Both the position numbers and the translations under genes were made by a program. Shown here piece after piece: positions 9,587 to 18,283 of a stretch of DNA of 32,250 nt (position 1 is the first letter of the stretch; each line of letters begins with the position of its first letter). Source of the DNA: Candidatus Acidiferrales bacterium (lineage in GTDB: Bacteria; Acidobacteriota; Terriglobia; Acidiferrales; UBA7541); assembly GCA_035275865.1 (NCBI GenBank), contig DATEME010000122.1, forward strand, positions 1-32,250, given 5' to 3'. The notes under the pieces were generated by a model. The model was not told the DNA's origin. It searched no databases and saw only the letters and a program-made list of their open reading frames with translations.

Positions 9587-10584
9587 ACAAGTCGACGCTC
9601 GAAGACGCGCTCCAAAAGGAGCCATGGTCGTTCGAGTTTTTTCAAGCGGTCACGCTCTTGCAGCGGCTTGCCACGGAGCGCCGGCCGGTTGGAAGATTCT
9701 CGAATCCTGACGACGAAGCCGTGCGCTTCTGCGGTAATGCCTCTCTCGGCTTCCCCGCAAGCTCGATTCAGAAAATCGAATGGCCTGAAGACGGTCCGCC
9801 CCGCATGACTGTTAATTTCATGGGACTCACCGGTCCGATGGGTGTGCTCCCTTATTGCTATACGGAGATGGTCCTTGAGCGCGAAAGAGCGAAAGATCGC
9901 TCCTTCCAGTCCTTCCTCGATATCTTTCACCATCGAATGGTTTCCTTTTTTCATCGTGCGTGGGAAAAGTACCGTTTCCCGGTCACTCATTCCAGCGGCC
10001 ATGAGGATCTCTTCGAACATCATATGCGCGACCTCATCGGTCTCGGCACTGCCGGGCTTAACGGCCGTCAATCGCTCGCGGACGACGGTTTGCTTCATTT
10101 CGCCGGTCTTTTGGCCCGTCAGTCTCGCTCCGCGCAGGCTCTCGAGCAGGTTCTAATGGCCTATTTTGATGTCCCGGTCGATATCGAGGAGTTCGTCGGC
10201 GGTTGGTACCGGCTCGATGCCTCCACCCAATGCGCGGTCGGCGAAGAAGCGGGCGATTCGGAAAGGCTCGGCATGGGCGCTGTCGTCGGCGACGAAATAT
10301 GGGACCAGCAATCCCGCGTTCGCGTCAAGCTCGGACCGATGCCGCTCGAAAAGTATCGCCAGTTTCTTCCTGACGGCGATGCGTACGAATCCTTGAAGGC
10401 CATCACACGTTTTTTTTCGAATGATGAATTCGATTTTGAAATTCAGTTGATCCTGGAACGCGATCACGTCCCGCGCTGCGAAGTCGGCGCCGCGGAAGCC
10501 ACAGCCCCTCGTCTCGGGTGGGTCACATGGCTAAAATCGGCGCCGCTTTCCCGCGATCCGGACGAAACGATTCTAAATCTCTGA
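9550..10584 (+). CDS. tssG: T6SS baseplate protein TssG (ImpH/VasB)
   Basis: 344 aa with PWSFEFFQAVTLLQRL and NFMGLTGPMGVLPYCYTE blocks. 37-nt overlap with tssF; no alternative in-frame start seen downstream. Confidence 0.9.
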   Translation: MATESRTQDLGLDKSTLEDALQKEPWSFEFFQAVTLLQRLATERRPVGRFSNPDDEAVRFCGNASLGFPASSIQKIEWPEDGPPRMTVNFMGLTGPMGVLPYCYTEMVLERERAKDRSFQSFLDIFHHRMVSFFHRAWEKYRFPVTHSSGHEDLFEHHMRDLIGLGTAGLNGRQSLADDGLLHFAGLLARQSRSAQALEQVLMAYFDVPVDIEEFVGGWYRLDASTQCAVGEEAGDSERLGMGAVVGDEIWDQQSRVRVKLGPMPLEKYRQFLPDGDAYESLKAITRFFSNDEFDFEIQLILERDHVPRCEVGAAEATAPRLGWVTWLKSAPLSRDPDETILNL

Positions 10585-10598
10585 CTGCGAGGTGTCTC

Positions 10599-13340
10599 AT
10601 GGGCCTGAACCTGAAAGCACTTATCGGCAAACTCAATGACCAGGCGCGCTCGGCGCTCGAAGGTGCCGCTGGCCTCTGCCTCTCGCGTACGCATTACGAC
10701 ATCGAAATCGAGCATTACCTCACGAAGCTGCTTGAGTCGCAGGCGTCCGATTTCGCAAAAATCGTAAAGCACTTCGGCGTCGACAAGTCCCGCCTCACGG
10801 GCGAGCTCATGCGCAGCATGGACAAACTAAAGTCCGGCAACGCTCGCACGCCCGCCATCAGCCCCAGCGTGCTCAAGATGCTCACTCAGGCCTGGACGAT
10901 CGGCTCGATCGATTTCAACGCCTCCGAAGTCCGAACCGGCTTCACGATCCTGGCTCTCGTGATGGACGACGAACTCGCCCGCATTACCCGCGAGATCAGC
11001 CGCGAATTCCAAAAGATCCAGCCCGAGGCCCTCCGCAACGAATTCGCCAAGATCGTTGCCGATTCCTCCGAGGAAACCGTCACCGCCGTCGCTGATTCCG
11101 CGGGCGCGCCCGCCGCTCCAGGTCGCGCAGTCGGCGGCAAGACGCCCAATCTCGATCAGTTCACCGTCAACCTTACCGAGAATGCCAAAAACGGCAAGAT
11201 CGATCCCGTTCTCGGCCGCGACTTCGAAATTCGCCAGGTCATCGACATTCTCACTCGCCGCCGCCAGAACAATCCGATCCTCACAGGCGAAGCGGGCGTG
11301 GGAAAGACGGCCGTGGTCGAAGGCTTCGCGCTCCGGGTCGCTCAAGGCGACGTTCCTCCACCGCTTCGCAACGTCACAGTCCGCACGCTGGACCTCGCCC
11401 TTCTTCAGGCCGGTGCCGGCGTAAAAGGTGAGTTCGAAAATCGCCTCAAGGGTCTCATCGAAGAGGTGAAATCTTCTCCGACCCCGATCATTCTTTTCAT
11501 CGACGAAGCTCACACGATGATCGGCGCCGGCGGCCAAGCCGGCCAGAATGACGCAGCCAATCTTTTGAAGCCTGCTCTCGCGCGCGGCGAACTTCGCACC
11601 ATCGCCGCCACGACGTGGGCCGAATTCAAAAAGTATTTCGAGAAAGATCCGGCTCTGGCTCGGCGCTTCCAGGTTGTAAAGGTCGAAGAGCCTACCGAGC
11701 AACAGTGCATGGTGATGATGCGCGGCATCGTTGGTTCGCTCGAAAAGCATCACAAAGTCCGCATCCTCGATGAAGCCGTTGCGGCAGGTGTGCGGCTCTC
11801 GCACCGCTATCTTGCAGGCCGCCAGCTGCCGGATAAGGCCGTCAGCGTCCTCGATACAGCCTGCGCGCGCCTTTCGCTCGGCCAGAACGCCACGCCGCCC
11901 GCCATCGAAGACGCAATTCGCCAGATCGACGATTTCGGCGTTCAACAACGCATCCTCGAACGCGAAATGGTCGTCGGCGTCGATCACACCGAGCGTCTCG
12001 CGCAACTTGCGAGCCAGAAAGCGTCAGTTCAGGCGAATCTCAAAGCCTTGCAGGATCGTTGGGACAAAGAACGCGGGCTCGTCGTTCAAATCCGCGACAT
12101 TCGCGAGAAACTAGAACGGGGCGCCGCCACCGTGGCCGCGGCGAAAACCTCTCCCGCCGAAAGCGGCAACGGCGATTCGGCCGCCGCCGCTGTAGCCTCC
12201 GCCGGAGGCGCGGCCGTAGCCACCGCCGCACCGGCCGCGGCTCCCGAGCAAACTCCCGAAGAGCTTCGCGGCCAGCTCTTGAAACTGGAAAATGAACTTT
12301 CCGCGCTGCAAGGCGAGACCGGTCTCATCCGCGTCTGCGTTGATGCGCAGATCGTCGGCGAAGTCATCTCCGGCTGGACCGGCATTCCTGTCGGCAAAAT
12401 GCTGAAAGACGAAATCGCCACAATTCTTTCGCTCCAGCAGCATCTCGGCAACCGCGTCATCGGCCAGCCATTCGCTCTCGACGTTATCAGCCAACGCATA
12501 CAGACCTCCCGCGCCAGTCTCGACGATCCAGTGAAGCCCGTCGGCGTCTTCATGCTCGTCGGCCCCAGCGGCGTCGGCAAGACAGAAACAGCGCTCGCGC
12601 TGTCCGATCTGCTCTACGGCGGCGAACACAATTTAATTACCATCAACATGTCCGAATTCCAGGAGGCCCATACCGTGTCGACGCTGAAGGGCTCACCTCC
12701 CGGTTACGTCGGCTATGGCGAAGGTGGCGTGCTCACGGAAGCCGTCCGTCGCCGGCCGTATTCCGTCGTACTTCTCGACGAAGTCGAAAAAGCGCATCCG
12801 GACGTGCTCGAACTCTTCTTCCAGGTCTTCGACAAAGGCCGTATGGAAGACGGCGAAGGCCGCGAAATCGACTTCCGCAACAACATCATCATTCTCACCA
12901 CCAACGCGTGCACCGATCAGCTCATGAAGCTGTGCGCAGATCCCGAGACGATGCCCAACGCTCTGGCGCTCGTCAACACGCTAAAGCCGGAGCTCAACAA
13001 AATCTTTAAGCCGGCATTCCTCGGCCGCATGGTGATCGTCCCGTATTACCCAGTCCGAGACGAGGCGCTCAAGAAGATCATCACGTTGAAGCTCGGCAAG
13101 ATTCAGCGCCGCATCCAGGAAAACCACAAAATCGCGCTGACCTACGATGACTCGCTGATCGACGAGGTCGCGAAGCGCTGTACCGAAGTCGAGTCCGGCG
13201 CACGCAACGTGGACAACATCCTTACCAATTCGCTTCTGCCTGACGTCTCGCGCCAGCTTCTCGGACGCATGGCCGAAGGCGAAAAACTGCAATCGATTCA
13301 CGTGTCCATTGGCGAAAATGGCGATTTTGTATATTCCTGA
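10599..13340 (+). CDS. clpV: T6SS AAA+ ATPase ClpV (TssH)
   Basis: Two AAA+ modules. The first has Walker [10 protein letters not shown] and Walker B ILFIDEAH. The second has Walker [10 protein letters not shown] and Walker [12 protein letters not shown]. Clp-N-like start [30 protein letters not shown] 10599 is chosen over track start 10518 because tssG ends at 10584. Confidence 0.93.
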   Translation: MGLNLKALIGKLNDQARSALEGAAGLCLSRTHYDIEIEHYLTKLLESQASDFAKIVKHFGVDKSRLTGELMRSMDKLKSGNARTPAISPSVLKMLTQAWTIGSIDFNASEVRTGFTILALVMDDELARITREISREFQKIQPEALRNEFAKIVADSSEETVTAVADSAGAPAAPGRAVGGKTPNLDQFTVNLTENAKNGKIDPVLGRDFEIRQVIDILTRRRQNNPILTGEAGVGKTAVVEGFALRVAQGDVPPPLRNVTVRTLDLALLQAGAGVKGEFENRLKGLIEEVKSSPTPIILFIDEAHTMIGAGGQAGQNDAANLLKPALARGELRTIAATTWAEFKKYFEKDPALARRFQVVKVEEPTEQQCMVMMRGIVGSLEKHHKVRILDEAVAAGVRLSHRYLAGRQLPDKAVSVLDTACARLSLGQNATPPAIEDAIRQIDDFGVQQRILEREMVVGVDHTERLAQLASQKASVQANLKALQDRWDKERGLVVQIRDIREKLERGAATVAAAKTSPAESGNGDSAAAAVASAGGAAVATAAPAAAPEQTPEELRGQLLKLENELSALQGETGLIRVCVDAQIVGEVISGWTGIPVGKMLKDEIATILSLQQHLGNRVIGQPFALDVISQRIQTSRASLDDPVKPVGVFMLVGPSGVGKTETALALSDLLYGGEHNLITINMSEFQEAHTVSTLKGSPPGYVGYGEGGVLTEAVRRRPYSVVLLDEVEKAHPDVLELFFQVFDKGRMEDGEGREIDFRNNIIILTTNACTDQLMKLCADPETMPNALALVNTLKPELNKIFKPAFLGRMVIVPYYPVRDEALKKIITLKLGKIQRRIQENHKIALTYDDSLIDEVAKRCTEVESGARNVDNILTNSLLPDVSRQLLGRMAEGEKLQSIHVSIGENGDFVYS

Positions 13341-13369
13341 CGCGAGCATCGCAGGCGATCGGAAATAGC

Positions 13370-14275
13370 ATGAGCAATCCACAAGCCCGCGTGCCGGGCG
13401 CGTTGGGCGTTGCACAGGTCGGCGAACGGGACCTCGGCTTCCTCGGTCAGGCGATGCAGACCATGCGTCTCGCCGCTGTCTCGTCCACAAGAGCCGGCGA
13501 TTTTACGCCTTGCGGCAATGGCGATAGCGCCAACGAGGCTCTGATTGCCGAATTGCAGCATGCCGTTACGGCTGCGTTGCCTCGTCTCCCGGCATTCGCG
13601 CGCGGCATGATTCTCACCACCCCCGCAGCTGTTCCCTTTCTGATCGGCCGGGCCGGATATCACGCGTATCACGAACTTCGCAGCGGTCTTCACCCCATCG
13701 ACGCCGCTCATCTGCCCGCTCGCGTCACCGAGGTCTTCGGCAACAGCATCGACTTCGCGCGCGTCTGGATCAACAACAAGACCGGCGCGCAAGGCCGGGC
13801 GTTTACCGCCACCATCGCGATCAACTATCCCCCGGGCATTTCCAGGCGCGTCAATGTGATGAATCTGGGCGCGTCATACGACGAAGACACGCTTGTGCAC
13901 GAACTCACCCACGTCTGGCAATCTCAACACCACTCTGATCCCTTGCATTACATGCGCAACTGCCTCGGATGCCAAGGTCTGGCGCTTTGGAAGAATCAGG
14001 ATCTCGTCAAGATGGCGCCCAATCCTGCCGTCACTTCCCATAGAGGCTTTCCGATGGATTTTCCCTATTCGGCCTACGCCTATGAGACGGACGCCAAGCT
14101 GCCCTTTTCCCACTACGGCGGCGAACAGATCGCTCAGCAGGTCATGAGAGGCGTGGACAAAATCATCAAGGTCGTAAAGGCCGCGCCCGCTAACACCGTC
14201 GTTTCGGACAATGTGGATTCCCTGAACAACAGTACTGCCGTTACCAATCGGCTCAATAGTGGAGTCGCCATTTGA
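13370..14275 (+). CDS. HExxH zinc-peptidase-like protein (DUF4157-like), candidate T6SS cargo/effector
   Basis: 301 aa with no signal peptide or TM segment visible. Contains GAQGRAFTATIAIN...DTLVHELTHVWQSQHH, with His spacing H-E-x-x-H-x5-H. Gaps of 29 nt to clpV and 30 nt to vgrG imply co-transcription. Start uncertain (weak RBS; in-frame ATG also at 13454). Confidence 0.6.
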   Translation: MSNPQARVPGALGVAQVGERDLGFLGQAMQTMRLAAVSSTRAGDFTPCGNGDSANEALIAELQHAVTAALPRLPAFARGMILTTPAAVPFLIGRAGYHAYHELRSGLHPIDAAHLPARVTEVFGNSIDFARVWINNKTGAQGRAFTATIAINYPPGISRRVNVMNLGASYDEDTLVHELTHVWQSQHHSDPLHYMRNCLGCQGLALWKNQDLVKMAPNPAVTSHRGFPMDFPYSAYAYETDAKLPFSHYGGEQIAQQVMRGVDKIIKVVKAAPANTVVSDNVDSLNNSTAVTNRLNSGVAI

Positions 14276-14305
14276 GAACTGCCGCTCAAGATCGGGAGGT
14301 GAAGT

Positions 14306-16306
14306 TTGGCTAGCTCGGGTAAGTTCACGCAGGAAAACAGGTTCATCTCGCTCAACACACCTCTCGGCGAGGATGTCCTCCTCTTGGCGAGCTTCACCGG
14401 CCATGAAGGTATCTCCCGCCTCTTCCAGTTCAACATCGACCTGCTCTCCGAGAAAAAAGACATCTCCTTCAAGGATATCGTCGGCCAGAAGGTCACCATC
14501 AAGATGGGACTGACCGACGGCTCTTCATTCCGCTATTGGAATGGTTACGTAAGCCGCTTCGCCCAGAGCGGCACTGACGCGCGTTTCGCTCACTATCAAA
14601 TGGAAGTCGTGCCTTGGCTCTGGTTTCTCACCCGCAGCGCCGATTGCAGGATCTTTCAGAAGGAATCGATACTCGATATCTTTGACGATGTCATTTCGGA
14701 CAACGGCTTCTCCTCTTCCGATTACAAGAAGTCCCTGAGTGGCGCCTACAATCCCGTCGAGTATTGCGTCCAGTACCGCGAGACCGACTTCAACTTTATC
14801 TCGCGCCTCTTCGAGCACGCCGGAATTTACTATTTCTTTGAGCACTCCGAGGACAAGCACACTCTCGTTCTCGGCGATGCCCCGAGCGCTCATCAGAATT
14901 GCCCCATGCAGTCTCCCGCGCGATACTCACCTAACTCTGCTAACCAGGTCGACGAGGTTATTACGAGCTTCCGGCTCGAACAGGAGCTTCGCACCGGCAA
15001 TTACACGCTTCGCGACTACAACTTCGAAACGCCCGCCGCCAATCTCAACGCCACCGATCCCACCATCTATCCCGTCGCCAAGAATACCGACTACGAAATC
15101 TACGACTATCCCGGCATGTACACGGCCGGCGCGGATGGCAATGCCCTCGCGAAAATCCGCATGCAGGAGGAAGAGGCGCCTCATGAAGTCGCTTCCGGTT
15201 CGAGCATCTGCCGCGCACTCGCTCCCGGTTTCAAGTTCGACCTCGAAGAGTTCGACCGCGACGACAGGAATAAATGCTACCTGCTCACGGATGTCCAGCA
15301 CGTCGCGTCCAATGCCGGGACGTACTACTCGGGCGCGGGCTCTTCATCGCACTATTCGAACCGTTTCTCCTGCATCGACGCATCGTTTCAATATCGCGCG
15401 CCTCGGCTGACTCCAAAGCCGTTTATTCAAGGATTGCAGACCGCCGTCGTCACAGGACCGAGCGGCGAGGAAATCTACACGGACAAATACGGCCGCGTGA
15501 AGGTGCAATTCTTCTGGGATCGCCTCGGTCAAAAGAACGAAGATACGTCTTGCTGGGTGCGTGTTTCGCAGCTCTGGGCTGGCAAGGGCTGGGGCGGCAT
15601 GTTCATCCCCCGCATCGGCCAGGAAGTCATCGTCAGCTTTCTCGAAGGCGACCCCGATCGCCCCATCATTACAGGACGCGTGTACAACGCCGATCAGAAC
15701 GTCCCCTACGTGCTGCCCGATAACGGTACTGTCTCAGCGATCCGCTCGCGCAGCTCCAAAGGCGGCGCCGCTGCTACTGCCAACGAAATTCGCTTCGAAG
15801 ACAAAAAAGGCAGCGAGCAATTCTTTATCAATGCCGAAAAAGACATGGACGTCTTCGTCGAAAACGATTCGCGCGAAAACGTAGGCAATAACCACAGCCT
15901 GACTATAAAAAAGGATCACATGGAAGACATTGGCGGCGACGCGCACCTCAACGTCACCGGCAACATCAATCAAAAAGCCGGCCAGAACGTCTCATTGCAG
16001 ATCGGCCAGAATCTCTACGAAAAATCCGGGATGAACTATGCGCACGAAGCCGGCACCGAAATCCATTTGAAGGCCGGCATGAACGTCGTCATCGAATCGG
16101 GCGTCGAACTGACGATCAAAGCGGGCAGCAATTTCGTCAACATCGGCCCCGCCGGCGTCGCCATCAGCGGCACGCTCGTCCTCATCAACAGCGGCGGCGC
16201 GGCAGGTTCGGGCGGCGGCGCAAGTACGACCAGCCCGACTAAACCGGAGGCAGCCGACGATGCCAACACATCCAGCGGAGGCAAATTCGGCATCAAGCTA
16301 GGCTAG
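14306..16306 (+). CDS. vgrG: T6SS spike protein VgrG (TssI), no C-terminal effector domain
   Basis: 666 aa. Blocks RFISLNTPLGEDVLLLASFTGHEGISRLFQFNIDLLS, YCVQYRETDFNFISRLFEHAGIYYFFEH, GRVKVQFFWDR and WVRVSQLWAGKGWGGMFIPRIGQEVIVSFLEGDPDRPIITGRVYN (gp27/gp5-like). TTG start with GGGAGG RBS upstream. Ends in a short Gly/Ala/Ser tail. Confidence 0.93.
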   Translation: MASSGKFTQENRFISLNTPLGEDVLLLASFTGHEGISRLFQFNIDLLSEKKDISFKDIVGQKVTIKMGLTDGSSFRYWNGYVSRFAQSGTDARFAHYQMEVVPWLWFLTRSADCRIFQKESILDIFDDVISDNGFSSSDYKKSLSGAYNPVEYCVQYRETDFNFISRLFEHAGIYYFFEHSEDKHTLVLGDAPSAHQNCPMQSPARYSPNSANQVDEVITSFRLEQELRTGNYTLRDYNFETPAANLNATDPTIYPVAKNTDYEIYDYPGMYTAGADGNALAKIRMQEEEAPHEVASGSSICRALAPGFKFDLEEFDRDDRNKCYLLTDVQHVASNAGTYYSGAGSSSHYSNRFSCIDASFQYRAPRLTPKPFIQGLQTAVVTGPSGEEIYTDKYGRVKVQFFWDRLGQKNEDTSCWVRVSQLWAGKGWGGMFIPRIGQEVIVSFLEGDPDRPIITGRVYNADQNVPYVLPDNGTVSAIRSRSSKGGAAATANEIRFEDKKGSEQFFINAEKDMDVFVENDSRENVGNNHSLTIKKDHMEDIGGDAHLNVTGNINQKAGQNVSLQIGQNLYEKSGMNYAHEAGTEIHLKAGMNVVIESGVELTIKAGSNFVNIGPAGVAISGTLVLINSGGAAGSGGGASTTSPTKPEAADDANTSSGGKFGIKLG

Positions 16307-16400
16307 GTCTTTGTGGTACAGCAAGTCTTGGGTGCAGGTTTGTACTTCCCATAGTTCATAGGGCGCTGCTCGCTGCGCCCCTTAGAGGAGGAGTAGCGAA

Positions 16401-16691
16401 ATGCCGCCAGCAGCCCGCGTGTCAGACATGCACACCTGCCCTATGGCAACCGGTCCAGTGCCTCATGTAGGCGGACCCATCCTGCCTCCCTGCGAGCCGA
16501 CCGTCATGATCGGAATGCTCCCCGCCGCCCGAGTCACGGACATGGCCACCTGTGTTGGCCCACCGGATACCATCGTGAAAGGCTCCAGCACCGTAATGAT
16601 CGGCAATCTGCCTGCTGCCCGCGTCGGCGATCAGACCGCCCATGGCGGCGTCATCATCCTGGGCTGCTTCACCGTCATGATCGGCGGCTAA
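16401..16691 (+). CDS. PAAR-domain spike-tip protein (minimal, no toxin extension)
   Basis: 96 aa with three PAAR repeats (PPAARVSD, LPAARVTD, LPAARVGD) and ...VMIG(G) strand ends. GGAGGAG RBS upstream. Confidence 0.92.
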   Translation: MPPAARVSDMHTCPMATGPVPHVGGPILPPCEPTVMIGMLPAARVTDMATCVGPPDTIVKGSSTVMIGNLPAARVGDQTAHGGVIILGCFTVMIGG

Positions 16692-16804
16692 CCAGCCTCG
16701 CTCGCGGAGCAAACATCCGGCACGTCCGCTAGCTTCAGGAAACACTCCTCGCCGAACGTTTTATCAGGATCGTCAAAACCCGGCCACCTACCGAATGATT
16801 CCGA

Positions 16805-16836
16805 TTAGTACTGGGTCGGCTCAAAAATAGTACTAA
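16805..16836. promoter_or_regulatory. Paired palindromic TAGTACT(A) boxes, possible operator upstream of the receiver gene
   Basis: TTAGTACT (16805-16812) and AGTACTAA (16829-16836) are exact reverse complements. Each contains the self-palindrome AGTACT, and centres are about 24 bp apart. Located in the 282-nt spacer between the PAAR gene and the response-regulator gene. Confidence 0.25.
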
Positions 16837-16973
16837 CCGCCTATTCTGGATCCTCTTGAAAAACGGTAAAAAGTCTTAAAAGGGGAAAACCTTATCTAAA
16901 TCCATTGCCATCAAGCCGTTCGGGCCCGATCGAACATGAAAAGCGCGCTGGTAGCGGGGTTGGAGGGCAAATC

Positions 16974-17351
16974 GTGCCGAAAATCCTCATCGTCGAAGAC
17001 AACGAGCCGAATCGCCAGATGCTCGCTCGCCGGCTTGAGCGCAAGGGATTCGCGGTTGTCACGGCGCCGGACGGCGAAGGGGGCTATTCGTTGGCCCGCG
17101 CGGAAGCGCCCGATTTGATTTTGATGGACATCAGCCTGCCGGGAATGGACGGCTGGCAAGTAATTGAACTCCTCAAGTCCGAAGCCTCGACGCGCGATAT
17201 TCCTCTGATCATTCTTACGGCCCACGCGCTGGTCGACGATCGCTCCAAAGCCGTCGCCGTCGGGTGTGACGATTATTTCTCCAAGCCCGCCGATTTTCAG
17301 CGATTGCTCGATGTGATCGGTCGCCTGCTGACGGAGAAGAAGCTGGCATGA
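16974..17351 (+). CDS. Single-domain response regulator (CheY-like receiver only)
   Basis: KILIVEDNEPN (acidic pocket), DLILMDISLPGMDG (phospho-acceptor Asp), IILTAHA (Thr) and DDYFSKP (Lys); no output domain. GTG 16974 is preferred over track TTG 16905 because GGAGGG lies about 7 nt upstream. Confidence 0.88.
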   Translation: MPKILIVEDNEPNRQMLARRLERKGFAVVTAPDGEGGYSLARAEAPDLILMDISLPGMDGWQVIELLKSEASTRDIPLIILTAHALVDDRSKAVAVGCDDYFSKPADFQRLLDVIGRLLTEKKLA

Positions 17352-18265
17352 ACCTCAGCCCGCATCGCCGCAGCATGATCGAGGCCAAGTTGCAGATGGC
17401 CGAGCAGGTTCTGGCCATTTCCGATCGGATCGTGCAGCTCACCGCTGAAGCCTTCATTCGCGGAGGCCGGGACGTAGAGTCCCTGGTACAGCGCCAGGTG
17501 GAATGTTTCGGCAAAATTCGCGCACTGGTTCAAAAAATCGAGGAACATCTCGAATCCAAGAAAGAAAAAGACCTCTTCACGTCCGCCGGTGCGCGATGGT
17601 GCTCGATCCACAGATACGAACAGTCACTTCACAACATTACCGCGTCGAACAAGCTTCTCCGGGCGGGCGCCACCACCACAGACGTGCTTCTGCCGTTTCT
17701 GCTCGACAATTTTTCCTGGCGCGCATTCATCGAATTTTTGCGCGCGGACCTCGAATCCTGCGGGAGTGACTGGGAGGGCAAGAACGAAATTGCCGCGCGC
17801 GCTGGCGACCTTATGCGCGCGAATCAGGAGCTTAAAAGCAAAATCGCCGAACGCAAGCGAATCGAGGAACGCCTCTCTCAATTGGCATCGATCATCGAGT
17901 TCTCCAGCGACGCCATTGTGATCCACACTCTGGCCGGCACGATCGTAAGCTGGAACGCAGGCGCGGAGCGCCTCTACGGCTACACGGCGAGCGAGGTGCT
18001 GGGCAAGTTCGGAAATCTTCTGCTGCCCCCGGACCGCTACGATGAACTGCAGGCCGTGCTCGAAAAACTCAATTCCAGCGAGGCCGTAGACTCGTACGAA
18101 ACGGCTCACCTCCGGAAAGACGGGGCCGAAATTCGCGTTTCGACCTCCGTTTCTCCCGTAAACGATTCTGAGGGCAACGTAGTGGGAGCCGCGGCAATCA
18201 CGCGCTCTCTCATGGACCACAAAAGCTCTGAGGATCTCTTGGAACACGTTCCGGGTAGATCCTGA
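17348..18265 (+). CDS. PAS-domain protein with helical N-terminal region and no kinase or other output domain
   Basis: 305 aa. The C-terminal ~120 aa (LASIIEFSSDAIVIHTLAGTIVSWNAGAERLYGYTASEVLGK...HLRKDGAEIRVSTSVSPVNDSEGNVVGAAAITRSL) is a canonical PAS fold, preceded by a coiled-coil (ELKSKIAERKRIEERL). Its start overlaps the receiver stop (ATGA at 17348-17351). Confidence 0.8.
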   Translation: MNLSPHRRSMIEAKLQMAEQVLAISDRIVQLTAEAFIRGGRDVESLVQRQVECFGKIRALVQKIEEHLESKKEKDLFTSAGARWCSIHRYEQSLHNITASNKLLRAGATTTDVLLPFLLDNFSWRAFIEFLRADLESCGSDWEGKNEIAARAGDLMRANQELKSKIAERKRIEERLSQLASIIEFSSDAIVIHTLAGTIVSWNAGAERLYGYTASEVLGKFGNLLLPPDRYDELQAVLEKLNSSEAVDSYETAHLRKDGAEIRVSTSVSPVNDSEGNVVGAAAITRSLMDHKSSEDLLEHVPGRS

Positions 18266-18283
18266 CCTGTTACTCTTCGACCG

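Noticed and set aside
10827-12629. Antisense ORFs 10827-12005 (392 aa), 12086-12580 and 12111-12629 opposite clpV
   Set aside because: The sense strand encodes complete double Walker A/B AAA+ modules, and the antisense products look non-protein-like.
13640-13670. Possible MIX-type effector motif (hRxGhhYhh) at LIGRAGYHAYHEL in the HExxH protein
   Set aside because: The Tyr is one position out of register relative to the remembered motif, and the other MIX elements were not seen.
14739-15410. 223-aa plus-strand ORF in an alternate frame inside vgrG
   Set aside because: Pro/Ser/Thr/Arg-rich frame-shadow of a gene with strong VgrG motifs.
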